Below the pieces are notes generated by a model. It did no database searches. It was not told the origin of the DNA and saw only the letters and a program-made list of their open reading frames with translations. A stretch of DNA of 64,000 nucleotides from Eukaryota sp. GEM-RC1. Its lineage: Eukaryota. The position numbers were made by a program, and so were the translations under genes. The stretch spans positions 62,001-126,000 of the forward strand of contig JAUFOQ010000002.1 of NCBI GenBank assembly GCA_040285855.1. The letters are read 5' to 3'. Shown in pieces: positions 26,501-40,330 of this stretch; the first letter of the stretch is position 1; the number at the start of each line of letters is the position of its first letter.

Positions 26501-29500
26501 ATTGTTGGTTCTACTATTTCAGAAGTTTGTAGAAACGGTACAATTCAAGGTGAATATGCTTCTTGTATCTCTGAAGACGTTTGCTATGGTTGTTCTGTTG
26601 AGGATGATCTTGCAGTTTGTTATGATCACATGGCATTTGACCAAGACTGCTTGGATGCTTATTATCCTTATTTGATCTCCCTTCAAGATTTCAAAAAATT
26701 CAAGTTCAAAACACCCTACTCTTGTGAACTAACTAATGGATATCAACTTTCTCACTTTCTTCACTCCAAAGGTGGTGGCAATTGATTGCTCTGGCGACGA
26801 TTCACTTTCTTGTTCAGTCACCAATTCAGACACTCCTCAAGCTTCTTACTCCAATGTTGCTTTTGTCAGGTGCAATGGAGATTACAGTATTGATCCATTT
26901 ACAGAGGATTTTATTGGAGAAACTGCTACATGTGATGTCTATGTGAAACAAGATTCTGTGTCTAAACTCGATCATTTTCCTGTCAAATTTGATTGTTCTC
27001 CTGTGTTTAATTATACATATTGCTTGGTTGATCAATATCAACACTTTCAAATGGATACAGGTACATGTTGGCCTGAGTTCCTTGGCAACCAAGATGTACC
27101 TCGTTCTGTCAATTTCTCTACTGTTGATCTCGGTCTATCTGATTCTTTATACTACTCCTTTGCCAAGATTGGAAATGCTTCATCAACCTGCAACTTCACT
27201 GACGCTGATTACGTTGATATTGATATGCCCTATCTTAATTCTACAAACACAACCTTTGACAACTCCACCTATGGAAATTTCACTGATGATGATTACAACC
27301 CCAATAACTGCACTGAGATTATTCCAGTAGTTTTGTTTGCTTGTACTGGTATCTCCTACTATGCTGAAGTTTGTGGTACTGAAGCTCAGCCCATCTACCA
27401 ATTAATGCCTAAAAGAGTTCCAATTACTGGGGCTTTTGAAGATTGGACTGTTTCAGATGGTCATATTCATTCAAGTTCTGTTGTTGGTGTTAACAAGTTT
27501 ACTCAGTCTGGAGGTAGTGTTTCCTTTGCCCCAGGAGCGGATTTGTATATTTTTGATGACTTTTATCTCCAGGATTCGGAGTTCTTTGCGGAATCTCATG
27601 TTTATACTTTTGCTTCAGGTTTCATTAGTGGTACAGGTAACATTACCTTTACTCAGGATGTTGACATCTTTAACACCATTGAGTTCACTGGAGCGACTTC
27701 TATTTTTAATGAGTCACTTACTGCTGAAGTATGTCGGTTTATTGATGGAACTATCTACATTGAGAAGGATTTACATTGTGGAATGTTTACTTTTGAAGAT
27801 TCTAATCTGTTTATCCGTCATGACATGTATTCTCCTCATATTGTTGTAGAATCTGGTACTTTTAGAGTCGATGCTACAATGTACGCCGCCACAATCACAG
27901 TCTATGATGGTCATGTTGACGTCAGCGCTGTAAATGCTGATAATGTTGTTGTTTATGGCGGAATCGTTACTATAGAGAACGGATTTACCTGTAATCGAAT
28001 TGAAGTATATGGTGGTCTTTTAGATACCTTAGGTCCTATTGAAGCCTACAACATTACTGTTTCTGGTGGTGTCTGGCACGAACATGATGACGTCACTACC
28101 CAATTCCTTCAGCTAAACGGTGGTTTAATCACTGGAGAAGCTGATATTCAAATTATGGATCTTTCTCACTGGAGGGGAGGTCTGTTTAATGACACTGGAA
28201 AAACTTTCTTTAAAGGGGGATTAACCATCGAAGGAACTGCAGAGAAGACTCATCATTTCCGACCACTCATTTTTGATTCCGACGTTAACTGGGATAATGG
28301 TGTGATTTATGGAGACTTTGGTGCTTACATTACCATTGAAGAAGACGGCTGCCTCTACATTAACACAGCTTCCACTCTTGAACGACCTGCTGGGAACTCA
28401 ACTGTTGGTCTGCCTCATTTGTATAACTTTGGATGTATTCAAAAGACTGTTCCAGGAACAGCTGAGATTCAATACTGGACTTTAAACAATGGTACCATTA
28501 CCTTACTTCCTAGCACTGAAGTCACTGCCTTTTGGGGTGGTGAATGTAACAATAGATTTACTCCTGCTGCAGGTTCAACTCTTCAGTTCAAACGGTTCTA
28601 CCAGTCAATGAATGCTTCTTGTTTAATTAGAGGTGATGGAAAGGTAACTTTTGGAGGTTCTGACGATGCTTTGATAGAAATGATGGCAGAGTCTATGCTT
28701 GATGTCCAAGAAGGTACTGAGATTGAATTTGGTGTAACAAACTTTCTCCCAGACGCTGAGGTTCGTTCAGTTGGTCAAGTACTCACTGTTTACAATGGTA
28801 TTGCTAACTTTGCCCCTGGATCTTCCTTTGTTCTTCGTGCTGTTGTCTCTAAAGGTGGTTTTGTTTATGGTCGAGGTGATTTGTTCCTCCAAGAATACTT
28901 CTTATTTGAAGGTGGAGCTTCCCTTTGGCTTTCTGTCCTTGCAACTCGTGGTAATATTACTGGAGGTGTCCACACCTTTGATGGTGCTGCTCATATCGAA
29001 GATTACTTGAATGTTATTGGTGGAACAGCTGTCGTCGGTGGTGACTTAACGATTTCCAAGATGAATACTATTGGTGGAAATGTTAACGTTTCTGGCGACG
29101 TCTCTGCTGACGTGCTGACTCAGATCGGCGGAACTTTGGAAGGTACTGGTATCATTAGAGCAGTTGATCTCTTCTTATGGGAAGGAGGTACAATCTCAGG
29201 ATCTGGTATCCTCCGTAGTGATACTCTAATGTTAATTCAAGGTACTGAACATACTCTTATTCAACGAGATCTACAAAATTGGAATGATCTCTATTGGTTC
29301 TCTGGTGATATCATTGGAAGAGATGGAGCTCGGTTTGTAAATACTGCTGCAGGAAGATTCTACGTAATGACTGGCAAAAATAATTGTTCAATGATTCATG
29401 CTAGCGGTGCAGTTCCCTTCTTTTTGTCGTATGGAGATATGTATAAGTATAACACTTCGTATATTGCTATTGAATTCAAAATCATTCACACTCAGTTTAT

Positions 29501-32500
29501 GTACGTTTATGATGGAACTCTTGCCCTTTTCGCTGGCGGTGATTACTCTAATGTTGTCCATGTTGAAGGAGGTGCTACGCTGGAATTGGCAGGTGGTAAC
29601 GTCACCATGGGTTTTGGAGCTCATTTGAGAGTTCCTAATGGTACTTTTGAAGTCTCTGGAGGTCACGTTGAACTTGATTACGCTTGGTACGATATCACTG
29701 ACAGAATGTTAGTTTCTGGTGGTAGAGTTGACTTTTACCGTAATACTGAGCTGTTCAACAATGGAAGAGAAGTGCTGATTGCTGGTGGCATTATGTTCTT
29801 GCATAGAACTAACACTTTCTTTGGCTACGTCAACATTTTCGGAGGAGAACTTCATTTAGATGCTATTATTGATATTGAGGATTTAGATATGACTGTACCT
29901 GGAGGTAGACTTGTGGTTTACCGTTTCCTAGATATCCTTGGTACTGCTGATCTATACGCAGGAATGTTTGAAGTCATTGATCTTTGTGATATCAGTGGTC
30001 TCTTGACCTGGTACGGTGGTTCTATTGAAGGTGTTGGTAGACTCTTTACTGATGGTTCCTTTGATATTTACGAAGGTCCTACTCCCAAAGAATTCAGAAT
30101 TGCGGAGTTCTACAATACTCAAGAAGGAAGATGGCACGGTGGAGATATCTTTGCTTATGATGGAGCTGTCTTTAGAAATCTCATGGGATCTTCATTTAAT
30201 CTTATTCCAGGAGGAAGTCTTTTCTATGGAGGCGGTGAAATGTCCAGGTTGCAGAATCTTGGTCTTGTTTACAAGTCTGGAAGTGGAATTGCTCAGATTA
30301 ATATCTACATTGATCAGCGATCTTTGGTCAACATTACTGGGGGTCATTTGAATGTCTCTGGTGGTCAGGATTCTTCCGGAATTTACACAGTTTTAGAAGG
30401 AACTTATCTTGAATTTGGTGGTGGTACAACCTATCTACATCCTGGTTCTTGGGTACGTGGTGCTGGTGACGTGATTTTCTCTGGCGGTACTACTATAGTG
30501 ACGTGTCAGTATGATATTTCATCCATCACTTACCATTCTGGGGGCAACTCTAACTGGGATCCAGGTCTTGATTTGATTGATTTGGGTAATTGGCTCAACA
30601 TCTCTGGTGGAGTAATGACTTTCCACGGATATCCTCTCACTGTAGCCAACGTATATTCTTCTGGAGGAGCTCTTCACAGTGATTCTGCAGTAGAAGTTCG
30701 TGATCTTTGGATTCAACATGAAGGTGTGCATAGACTTGATGGTAGATTTGAAATCTTTGGAGAAGTTTTTATCTATGGTGGAGATTTAGGTGGAGCTGGT
30801 AGAACAGATACTTTTTCCCCAATTTATTGGTATGGAGGAGAAATTTCCGGTACCAATATTTTAAATGTCCCAAAACCTTTTTATATTCTGGGACCAGATG
30901 ACAAAATGCTAACAAGTCGTCGAGTTGAAACCTTTAACGAGACTTTCTTCATGGAAGGAGATGTCTATGGTCGTCATGGATCTGCTTTAATTATATCTAC
31001 TGTTGCTACTCTCCACTTAATTCCTGGAGGAGACTTCCTTTTCACTGAAGAAGGACGTGTTCCTGAGCTTGGTAACGCTGGTGGTGTCATGAAACATCAC
31101 GATACTTACAATGAAATTGCTTGGTACATTACTAACATTGCCCAGGTCAATATCTCCATGGGATGGCTTAACTTTGGAGGAGGAGGTTGGTTTGAAGGAG
31201 TTATCTTTAGTGATTCTGATACAATGATTGAGTTTTCCAACAGAGTTGCCACTTTCGCTCCTCTGTCTATCCTTCATGGTGTTGGTAACCTGCTTTTCTC
31301 TGGTGGTATTACCAACATTATGTCCTTTGCTGAAGTTATCCTTACCCCTGTAGGTTCAATGACTGTAGACGGAGGAGAAGTCAATGTTGAGGACGATGCT
31401 TATCTTAATGTTAGATCTATGATTGTCCAAGGACCTCCAACATCAATGCTGAACTTTTTGGGTACTTCTAGAATGGATCTACCTTCCTTATACGTACATG
31501 GGGGTCAAATCAGAAGTAGAGCTCGAATCTACATTCCTGCCTCTTTTAACTTCACTGATGGTCTTACATCTTGGATGGGAGAACTCGTTGTTGAAGGAGA
31601 TGGTATCATCTCTGGAGGTGTCCACACCTTTGTTGTTTACTCTTTATTCCATGGTGAATTCATCCTTACTGGAACTGGTGTTATAGCTGGAGAAGGAAGA
31701 ATTGATATGAGAGATGTCTTTTACTTTGAAGGTGGAACTCTTTCAGGTGCTTCGCCTCTTACTAGTCGTGGAGGAATCAAGATTTACACACCACAACCCA
31801 AGTACATTGACCAACGACTTGTTCAGAATGAGAATACTTTGCTTTGGGAAGGAGGTCATATCTATATGTCCAATCTGGCTGTCATAAACAACTCCAAACC
31901 AGCTACCTTTAAGGTGGCATTTGATGAAGAAACTTGGAGTGTTGAACATACCGCAGGAGTCCAATCGTTTATCGATAATGAAGGTCATTTCTTTGTGAAG
32001 TCAAGTGAAAATTCCACAGTCGAAATTAAGTTGATTTTAAATAATCATGGGCTTTTTGAAATAGAATCTGGAGAATTTGACACTCAGTTTCAGTTCAATT
32101 CATGGTCTGAAATTCTTGTGCATCCTGAAGGAATTCTACACATGTCAGATGGGTTCACCTATCTCTATTTTGGATCTATTAATTGTACAGGAACTTTCCT
32201 TAAAACTGGTGGAACTACATATGTACAAGAAGTTCATTGGTTTATCGATTCAAAATTTGAAATATTTGGTGGTGACATCATCTTCTTTTCTGATGTTATG
32301 TTCAATGTTCTGGGCAGACCCTTCCTTGTCACTGGTGGTACTGTAGACTTTCGACTTCCGCCGCCAAAAACTGATCATTGGATTGTTCAAGGAGGTTTAC
32401 TCATGTACCATTGCAATACTGTCAACATTACTCATCTTGAAGTAAGCTCTGGAACCCTCTCTGGAAAAGGTCGAATTTATGCCCAAGAATATTTCAAATT

Positions 32501-35500
32501 TACTGGTGGATATTTAATTGACACTGGTTATGTTTATTCTCCTTTAGAAATTATTGAAGGCTCTGACACCAAGTTCATATCTCAGTATCGAATCTGGGTA
32601 ACTGATAGACTCAATTGGTCAGAGGGCGATCTAATTATTGACGATGGTGGATTAGTAGAGGTCAATCAAACTGGATTGTTGACATTTGATTTGATCGATG
32701 ATATTGACATCTCAATGGATTTCAATTTGAGGGAATCAATTCTGCTTAATCATGGGTCAATGAACATTAATGCCAACAATTTCGACCTTCAGGTCAATAT
32801 TCTCTGGAATACAACATCAACAGGATCCACAAATCTACTTTCTGGCACTGTAAATCCTACCTTTAAGCTGTTCTCTGATCCTTTTTCCTTCCCTCCACAT
32901 TGACTCTCTCCTGATCTTTACTGGTGGTAGATTTGAATTCCTCGAGAACTCCTTAACAAATGTTTCTGACTCTGGATTACTTCACGTCACGTCATCTTCT
33001 GTTGTCAGATTTGGTGGTATTGTAGAAGGAACTGAAATACTAGTCAACGATCAAGGTCGTATGGTCATGACTCCTCCCAATGATTTCACAAATTTAAAAT
33101 TGGTTTCAGTTTTAGAACATGGTACTTTTGACTTGGGTGGATGCTTAACTTCAGTCATTTCCGTAGAACTCAGTACTGTTAGTTCTGTAATTACCTCTGG
33201 ATACCTCCATGTCTTGGACTTTGATCTTCAATATGGAACAATGAAATTCTGCTCAATCAGTGCAAATACCACTTTGATCCATTCTTCAAACCCAGTTGAT
33301 TTCGAAAACTCCAACTTGATTATCGAGAAGTCTTTAGAAGTCACTGCTGGTCACGTCAGAGGTATTCACGATTCCGTGATTACAGTTCTAGACACTGCCA
33401 CTCTTGTATTTAGATACACTTCCTCTTCTTTCTCATTCCTCTCATCTGATTCCTCTTCCAGAATCATTAACTATGGAGTTATTACTGATTCCAGTGACCA
33501 CACCATTGCTACAACTATTCGGTGGTTTATTGATGATCACGCTACCATCTCTTTCAATTATGGTACTTACCATTTACGTTCTGGTTTCCTTCTTCGAGGA
33601 TCTCTTTCTGTTAATACTCCTTGTACTGTTAATCTCTTTGATTCTGTTTACAATACTACTACTTCTTTCAAGTTGTTTGGTGATGGGTCTCTCAATTTTA
33701 ACACTGACTCAGATACTTCTTTGCTTGGCGTCCTGTCTTTTGCTGGTGATTTCGAACTCATTTCTAATTCTAGAGTAGTCTTTGAAGATACTGTAACTGT
33801 ATCAACACTGATTGCTTCTCTTGTTGTTAAGTCAAATTCCTACTTACAAGTTAAATCTATCTCAAACATGTTAATGTCTAACTATACAGATCTGTCTGGT
33901 GATGCTCTTTTGGAGTTCGTTTTGCCTTCTGTTTATGTTCCAGAATTTAAAATCTATGGAAATTCTATTGTTTCATCAAGTTCTGATACCGTTATCAATG
34001 TTGACAATGAGTTTCTTTTGGAAAGTGGAACTTTTGCACCTAAACACTTGGTCTATGTTCCCTTAGAATCTCAATTTAAAATCTCTGGTGACCCTGTCAT
34101 TGATGATTGTTTACTCTTAGTACATGGTCTCTTTGACTGGCTTTCTGGAAATTTCCAAGTTAATACTAAGATTCTTGTCAATGAAACTGGTGTTTTAAGG
34201 TCAAGTCTGTCCGCTAATCATCAGGTTACCACAAATAATGAACTAGATGGTTTAATCACTGTCAATTCTTTAACTGTTATCGACAATTCAGCTCCATCCA
34301 TTCAGGCTACTTTTAGAATTTCGTCAATATTTGAAAATTCTACACTTAATGTTGAAACTGGAAAAGTTCTTTTGGAGAAGACGATGGTGATTCTATTCAT
34401 TGGAATTCATTTGTGAACATTTCTGAAAATGGTGTTTCTATTTTTGGAGATGGCGATCATCTTTTGACCATTTGACTACCATTCATGTTTATAATGAGCT
34501 TTTCTTCTCTGAATCAGGCACAACTGATTGGAGAGGTCACGTCATCACTATTGATAGTGGTGTCGTAAACGTAGAAACCAGTCATGTTTTTAACTACAAT
34601 AGCACTCATCTGTTTGACGAAGTTCTTTTCTCAATCTCTAATAGTGCTGAACTTCACTTAATTTCTTCTCTTTTCCGCTGGAATTCTACAGTTTTCCTTC
34701 ATGATAGTGCTCTATTTGACCTTCACAATCTTTCCCTTTCTATTCCTTATCTTGAACAATTTGATACCTCCACAGTTACTGGAACTTTTAACTTCTACAT
34801 TACTGATCTTTTCACTTGGAATGGAGGTTTTCAACTAGGCTCTGGAGCAACAATTTTAAACACCTCCATGCTTATTCAAACTACAACTACAAAACAACTC
34901 TACACTAGGGGTATCCATGTTCTACACTTTGCACAACATGATCGGGGTCATTTGACTGGTGGTGCTGAAGCCGCTATAATTGTTTACCCTGACGCAGAGT
35001 TTTACTTTTCTGCAGAATTTACAACAACTGTTAACCACTATGAGAACTCTGACTGGTATTTTATCATCCATGGGCTACTTACTCTTGATAGTACCGGCAG
35101 TACCAATATATATAGCAACTTTAGGGTCTTCAATGGTACTGTTACTCAAAATGCAGGGACTTTCCGTATTCGTCGAAATAGTGACATTGTTGATTCTGTC
35201 CTTTTGATTAATGGTGGTACTTTCACTCCTTATAGCTCAAGTGGAAATTTGATCACAATTAGAGATTCTCTTCTTAACGTATCTGGAACTCTTGAGACTG
35301 CAGATTCAGGAGACCGCATCTTTAAAGATGTTGAGGTTAATGTTTTTGATAGCGCTTCTTTTGACTTAACCGCTGGGGACAATTATTTCAGGGGACTATT
35401 GAAATTTTCTGGGGAAATGACAGTTTCTACTACTGGTAAAGTTTATTTTGATGATGATGTTTTGGTTGATTGGGATCACGACGATTTAATTAGAGTCCAA

Positions 35501-37232
35501 GGATCTGCAGTCGCTAATGCTGTTATTTATTTTAATAATTGTTCCAATACTGTTTTCCCCACCCTTTCTGTTCACGTTGGATCTTATGAAGTTAACAATG
35601 ACGTCAGCATTTGGTCTGTTCTGACCCATTCCACAAATGCCAGAAGATATGGAGAAAAGGATGCTACTCTATTCGTTATCAACTTTATGCATTTAACCTC
35701 CTCCTACCATTATGATGGAAGAACTGAAGTTTTAGGCCACTTGTTAATAGAAAGTCCAACACGTATCCGCCTTTACAGGGATTTCCAGCTCATTATCAAA
35801 AACACATCTAGATGGATAAATGGTAACATTAGGAGTTATACTGATGCCATCATCATTGTTGCTGAAACTGGTGAGTTCCACATTGATACATCTGGTTCAG
35901 TGACTCTTGACCGTAGCAGTGGATCACCTGTTCTTTACAATTATGGTACTATCATTGTAGACAGTGGAGTTACACTTTCCAATCAATACGCCACCGAGAA
36001 CTACGGTATTTATCATGTTACTGGAGATTCCTACATCACAAATTCTCAAGCGGGAGAAGTAGAAGGAGACATCTACATTGACCAAGGCAGTGAGTTCAGA
36101 GTAACATCAGGAACATGGAACTTTTCCCCTTCATCTAATGTTCAATCTACTGGAATTTTCCGATCCTCAACAAATGTCAACTTTAGAGGTACATACAATT
36201 CTACCTTCACTACTGTCACTTCAAGTACACTCAGCTTTGAGGATCCTATTCCTTTCAAATGGTTCGGTGAATGGCGCTATGTTCCAGGAGCCAATATCAT
36301 TAGCCTAGGAACAACCTCTCTCAGCGGAACTATCGACCTTAACAAAAATAGTTACACCTTTTATGATGATTTCACTGTATCAGGAAGCTTCCGTTTCGAT
36401 TCTAACGTCACCATTGAAGCTCCTTCTTTGATGACGTGGTCTAACGGAAACCTCTATGGCGGATACTTACTTGTCAACTCTAAAATCGAAATTACCTCTA
36501 CTTCTACCAGGAATCTTAGGTCTACTCACCTGACTATCAACAATACAGTTTCTACTTGGGAAGACGGAGGTGACCTCAACTCTGATGGTGATGCTGTTCT
36601 TCTCCTCTTGCCTGGTAGTGTTCTCACTGCTGAGGGAACCTCTAGTAGAAGGTTATTCCAAAGTAGCTCTTCCGCTAAGCTAGTTGTATCAGAAGGAGCT
36701 TTGTTTGACAAGGTTTACACCAATACGTGGCTCTACATCTACGGCAGTACTGGAAATATATGGAACTGTTAGAGGATTTGGTAGTAGTCTTAACTTATAC
36801 AATTTCCCTACTGCCATTGGAGCTTCATTCAACTTCAGTGGCAGCTCCTTCCTTACAGTTAGATCATCAAGAGGTGTTTTTGTTAATTGTACTTTCAACT
36901 TTGTTAATTCTGCATATCTTGACATCCGTAATAGTAATACTGAAGTTGAACTCCATGGTAGAACTAATATGCCCAGAAGAATCATCTTCCGTCGAGGTAC
37001 GTTGACTTTAACAGAAGGATTTGCTGGTCAATGGGCTGATCTCAATTCAGACACTGTTGAAATTTCTCACGATTCAACGTCAACGAGTTTAACTCCTGTC
37101 TTGGTAGTAGAAGAAAACGACAGGAATTCTACTTGGCCTCATTTACAAATGAGTACAAACTCTGAACTCATTCTTAAAGATGATATTGAGGTGACTTCTT
37201 TTGAAGGAAGTGGCACTGTTATTCAGCATTGA
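23544..37232 (+). CDS. Giant (~4,500 aa) putative secreted/surface Gly-rich beta-solenoid protein with a Cys-rich insert; reconstructed across one intron and several frameshifts
   Basis: Collinear ORFs 23807-26785, 26736-32903, 33061-34416, 34472-36772 and 36684-37232 share the repeat style (W/F-x-GG-x-I/L-x-G-x-G; VxGG). N-terminus MHTSQLFVLILLF(C)LLQSASS is signal-peptide-like, needing one extra T in the run at ~23578-23582. A 30-nt intron at 23717-23746 joins it in frame to ATG 23807. Confidence 0.78.
23717..23746 (+). other. 30-nt spliceosomal intron
   Basis: GTATGATGTTGTCTTTTCTATTCATTTCAG. Removal deletes an in-frame TGA and gives FPRAG-TIVRLRCRGCPSGRTFCYSQMTRS. Confidence 0.85.
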
Positions 37233-37615
37233 AGAATCTTGTTCTCTATATATGTATATTATGTTTTTATAAATGTTTTGCCATATTCTATCTATACATC
37301 ATTCAGCACACACTGTATCTGAAGAAGACTGTATCGATATGTGCTCCGCAATTTTTACATAATACAGAATCAACAAACTTTGGGGAAAGATCAAAAAAAG
37401 TTTACTTGTGATACTTCCATTGTGACAGACACTTCGTAATGGTTTGTTGCCATATGAACAGACAAAACAATGAGTTCCAAATGAGAATATGAACGAAAGT
37501 TGAAGAAGAAACGACACGCGAAAGTGTCACCCGGAAAGAAGACAAGGACTATTAGTTGAACATTGCATGTGCCATGTGAGCTTAGACGGTAGGTGATGTT
37601 AATAGCAGAGTAAAA

Positions 37616-38683
37616 ATGACTCTAAACTCAGGAATTCTCGCAAATAGAGCTACCACACCTCCAGCAGTAGTCATGACTCTTATATCTAGACTCCGAACAT
37701 ATGTTTCTCAATCCAGGGTTCGCTATCAAGACGGTGAATTCGATCTCGACCTTACTTATGTTACACCCAATATCATAGCCATGGGATTTCCTGCTGAAGG
37801 ATTTATGTCAACTTGGCGCAATGACATTGCAGACGTTGCTAAAATGCTTGATAAATACCATCCACACCACTACATGATCTTCAATCTATCAGAGAAGTCT
37901 TATGATTCCCAGCTATTCCAGCACTGTGTTCTAGACTTCGGTTTCCCAGACCACCATCCTCCACCTCTGTCGCTTCTCTTCTCTATTGTCTCTTCAATGC
38001 ATCGCTGGATTCGGTCTGATGCTCTAAACGTTGCTGTAATTCACTGCAAGGCTGGTAAAGGTAGAACTGGCGTTGTAATATCTTGTTATTTCTTGTTTAC
38101 CCGACAAGCTTCCAATCATGAAGATGCTTTGATGGTGTTTGCCAATGCTCGGTCAAAAAGCAGCGTTGGAGTCCAAAATCCAAGTCAAATTCGTTATGTT
38201 CAGTATTTTGAACAAGCCCTTAATGCTGAAGTTGTACCATATTATGTATCGTTTTCTTTCCTTAATGTTGTATTTCCTGTTCTCAAACACTTAGATTTAC
38301 GACATGGTTTCATGGAAATTTATCAAAATTACAAATTAATTGCCAAAGTTCCAATTGTCAAATCAAATTCTGTTTATGGCTCTTTCCCGTCTCACCCAAT
38401 CACGATTTCTGATGATATTTTAATTAAAATTGTTAACGTCGTCAAAAAGCAACCAAAAAAGATTCTTCGAGTTGCTTTTAACACGGGGTTTCTTTTTAAC
38501 AATCTAACTCAACTTTATTCAAATAATTACATTTATAGATTCTCAAAAGATGAACTTGACGGTCCTCATAAGTCAGATTTGTTTCCTTCAGATTTCTACC
38601 TAGAGATTAGACTGGAATTACTTGAAAAGGGAAATGAAGTTCCAGAATGGTTTAATTCTCTTGTATCGAAAAGGTCGGGGTAG
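37616..38683 (+). CDS. PTEN: PTEN-like phosphatidylinositol 3-phosphatase (phosphatase + C2 domain); start may be ATG 37673
   Basis: RYQDGEFDLDLTYVTPNIIAMGFPAEG, FPDHHPP, catalytic HCKAGKGRTG, PSQIRYV, C2-region FSKDELD. Confidence 0.93.
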   Translation: MTLNSGILANRATTPPAVVMTLISRLRTYVSQSRVRYQDGEFDLDLTYVTPNIIAMGFPAEGFMSTWRNDIADVAKMLDKYHPHHYMIFNLSEKSYDSQLFQHCVLDFGFPDHHPPPLSLLFSIVSSMHRWIRSDALNVAVIHCKAGKGRTGVVISCYFLFTRQASNHEDALMVFANARSKSSVGVQNPSQIRYVQYFEQALNAEVVPYYVSFSFLNVVFPVLKHLDLRHGFMEIYQNYKLIAKVPIVKSNSVYGSFPSHPITISDDILIKIVNVVKKQPKKILRVAFNTGFLFNNLTQLYSNNYIYRFSKDELDGPHKSDLFPSDFYLEIRLELLEKGNEVPEWFNSLVSKRSG

Positions 38684-38858
38684 TTGTTTGACAAATTTTA
38701 AATTATTCGATTTTTATGGGTTACCTATATTTTGTATTTATGTGTGATGTTATCAATGTTCAGAAATTCTTTCCAATTTTGGACTATAGTTACATTTACT
38801 TTTTAACTCAAATAATATCTAATTACATTTGTAATAATTAAAAGATTGGTCGCGGTTT

Positions 38859-40291
38859 CTAAGCAAAATCGTTAGGTGATACCTTTTCATGAACATAATT
38901 TTCCATAAACAGTTTCATTCCCGTGTCTACATCTCCATGAGCATAATCTTTAAGAATGGATCGACATAGATCCATTTTAACATTAGTTCTAGCATGTAGT
39001 AAATCTACTGGATTTACAAGACGGGCTGAACTCCAAAAGTGGAAGGTATCAAAAATAACAGGATTTGAAGACAAATTTGGACCTAAAATCATTCGTCTGT
39101 AATAAAACCAATCATTTGAAGGGGTCACTTTCCCTTCGTAAATGACGTGGGTTTGATTGGTGGATTGATTGGTTTTGATTGCAATGTTTAGCGGTTGAAA
39201 GGGATCAAATTTGATTGATGGATCAATGGTAGTAAATAATTGTAAAAAAAGTAGCAGGAGCAGTTGGATAAGTAATTGAAGTGAAAACTTTGAAAAATTG
39301 CTGGTTATTTAGATTTTTCAATGTGACGTTCACCTGACCGTTCTGAGCATAGAAATACTTATAAATCGATTCAAGATTCCTGGTATTGAACCATTCATGC
39401 CAAAATTTCAAAATTTGGTACACTTTTGTTTTGGTCTCTTCAGATTCAAACACTTCCTGATTTTTTTTGGAATATTTGAATATTCTGAACTTTTTCCTTT
39501 TTAAACCCCGGTCTTCAAAAACTCTTACCTTCAACTTCAAACTCTGAACCAAGGGAATAACTGAAGAACTCAATGGATTCCCTTTGACAGATAGAAAGGA
39601 TAACTTGGGAAGGGGAAGAGGTAAGCAAAGATCAGCAGGTGACGTGATTTGATTACGGTCTAGAGATAGACTTTCTAAATTGGGAAAACAGGCTAAAAGT
39701 CCAGATTCCACCAGGGGATGAAGTGACCGAATAGAATTCTTATTCAACTTCAACCACGTAATTTGAACAGTAGTGGGAAGCACCTCAGCTTGCTGTTTGA
39801 CAGCTAAACATTCTTGGACATTGTTGAAACCCCCTGTGACGTCACCAGTATGGCAACCTGTGAGATCTAAGGCATAGAAGCGTTTGTTAGACAGATTAAC
39901 CATCTGTGGTTGTACAAGACGACATGCAGCATTGAAAGAGAATTCAGACGAAGGAGCAGGTGGAGAGATTGGTGTTTTTGACCGATCCTCAGTTTTTGAC
40001 CCTTGACATTGAGTTAGTAGAACATTATGGACATACACGGATACCAGAAAGGCTGATAAGTGAACGAGCTTCATTTGAAGAAGACACTTGTACAGTAAGG
40101 AGTTGTGGTTGGGAATGAGACAGTTGTAAAGATGGTGCAGCAGATCTGCTCTGTAAAAAGTGGAAAATATCTTGTGGTTGGATTGATGGGTCAAGATAGA
40201 TCACATCGAGATAAAAAGGAGCGAATCCGATTACATGTAAAGCAGATGCGTCAATGGCGGGTTTAGCAGTGTCGCCTTGCATTCCACGCAT
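38859..40291 (-). CDS. NXF1: NXF1/TAP/Mex67-like mRNA export factor (RRM-like, LRR, NTF2-like, TAP-C UBA), split across three ORFs
   Basis: Domain order across ORFs 40025-40291, 39223-40194 and 38859-39128. LRRs (LKLNKNSIRSL, FPNLESLSLDRNQI, LSFLSVKGNPL), NTF2-like segment (FWHEWFN...FYAQNG; RRMILGP...VIFDTFHF), C-terminal ARTNVKMDLCRSILKD...KVSPNDFA resembling TAP-C. Candidate intron at 40002-40036. Confidence 0.72.
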
Positions 40292-40330
40292 TTGAATCTG
40301 TCTGGTGAACCACTAAAATTATTCTTCCCT

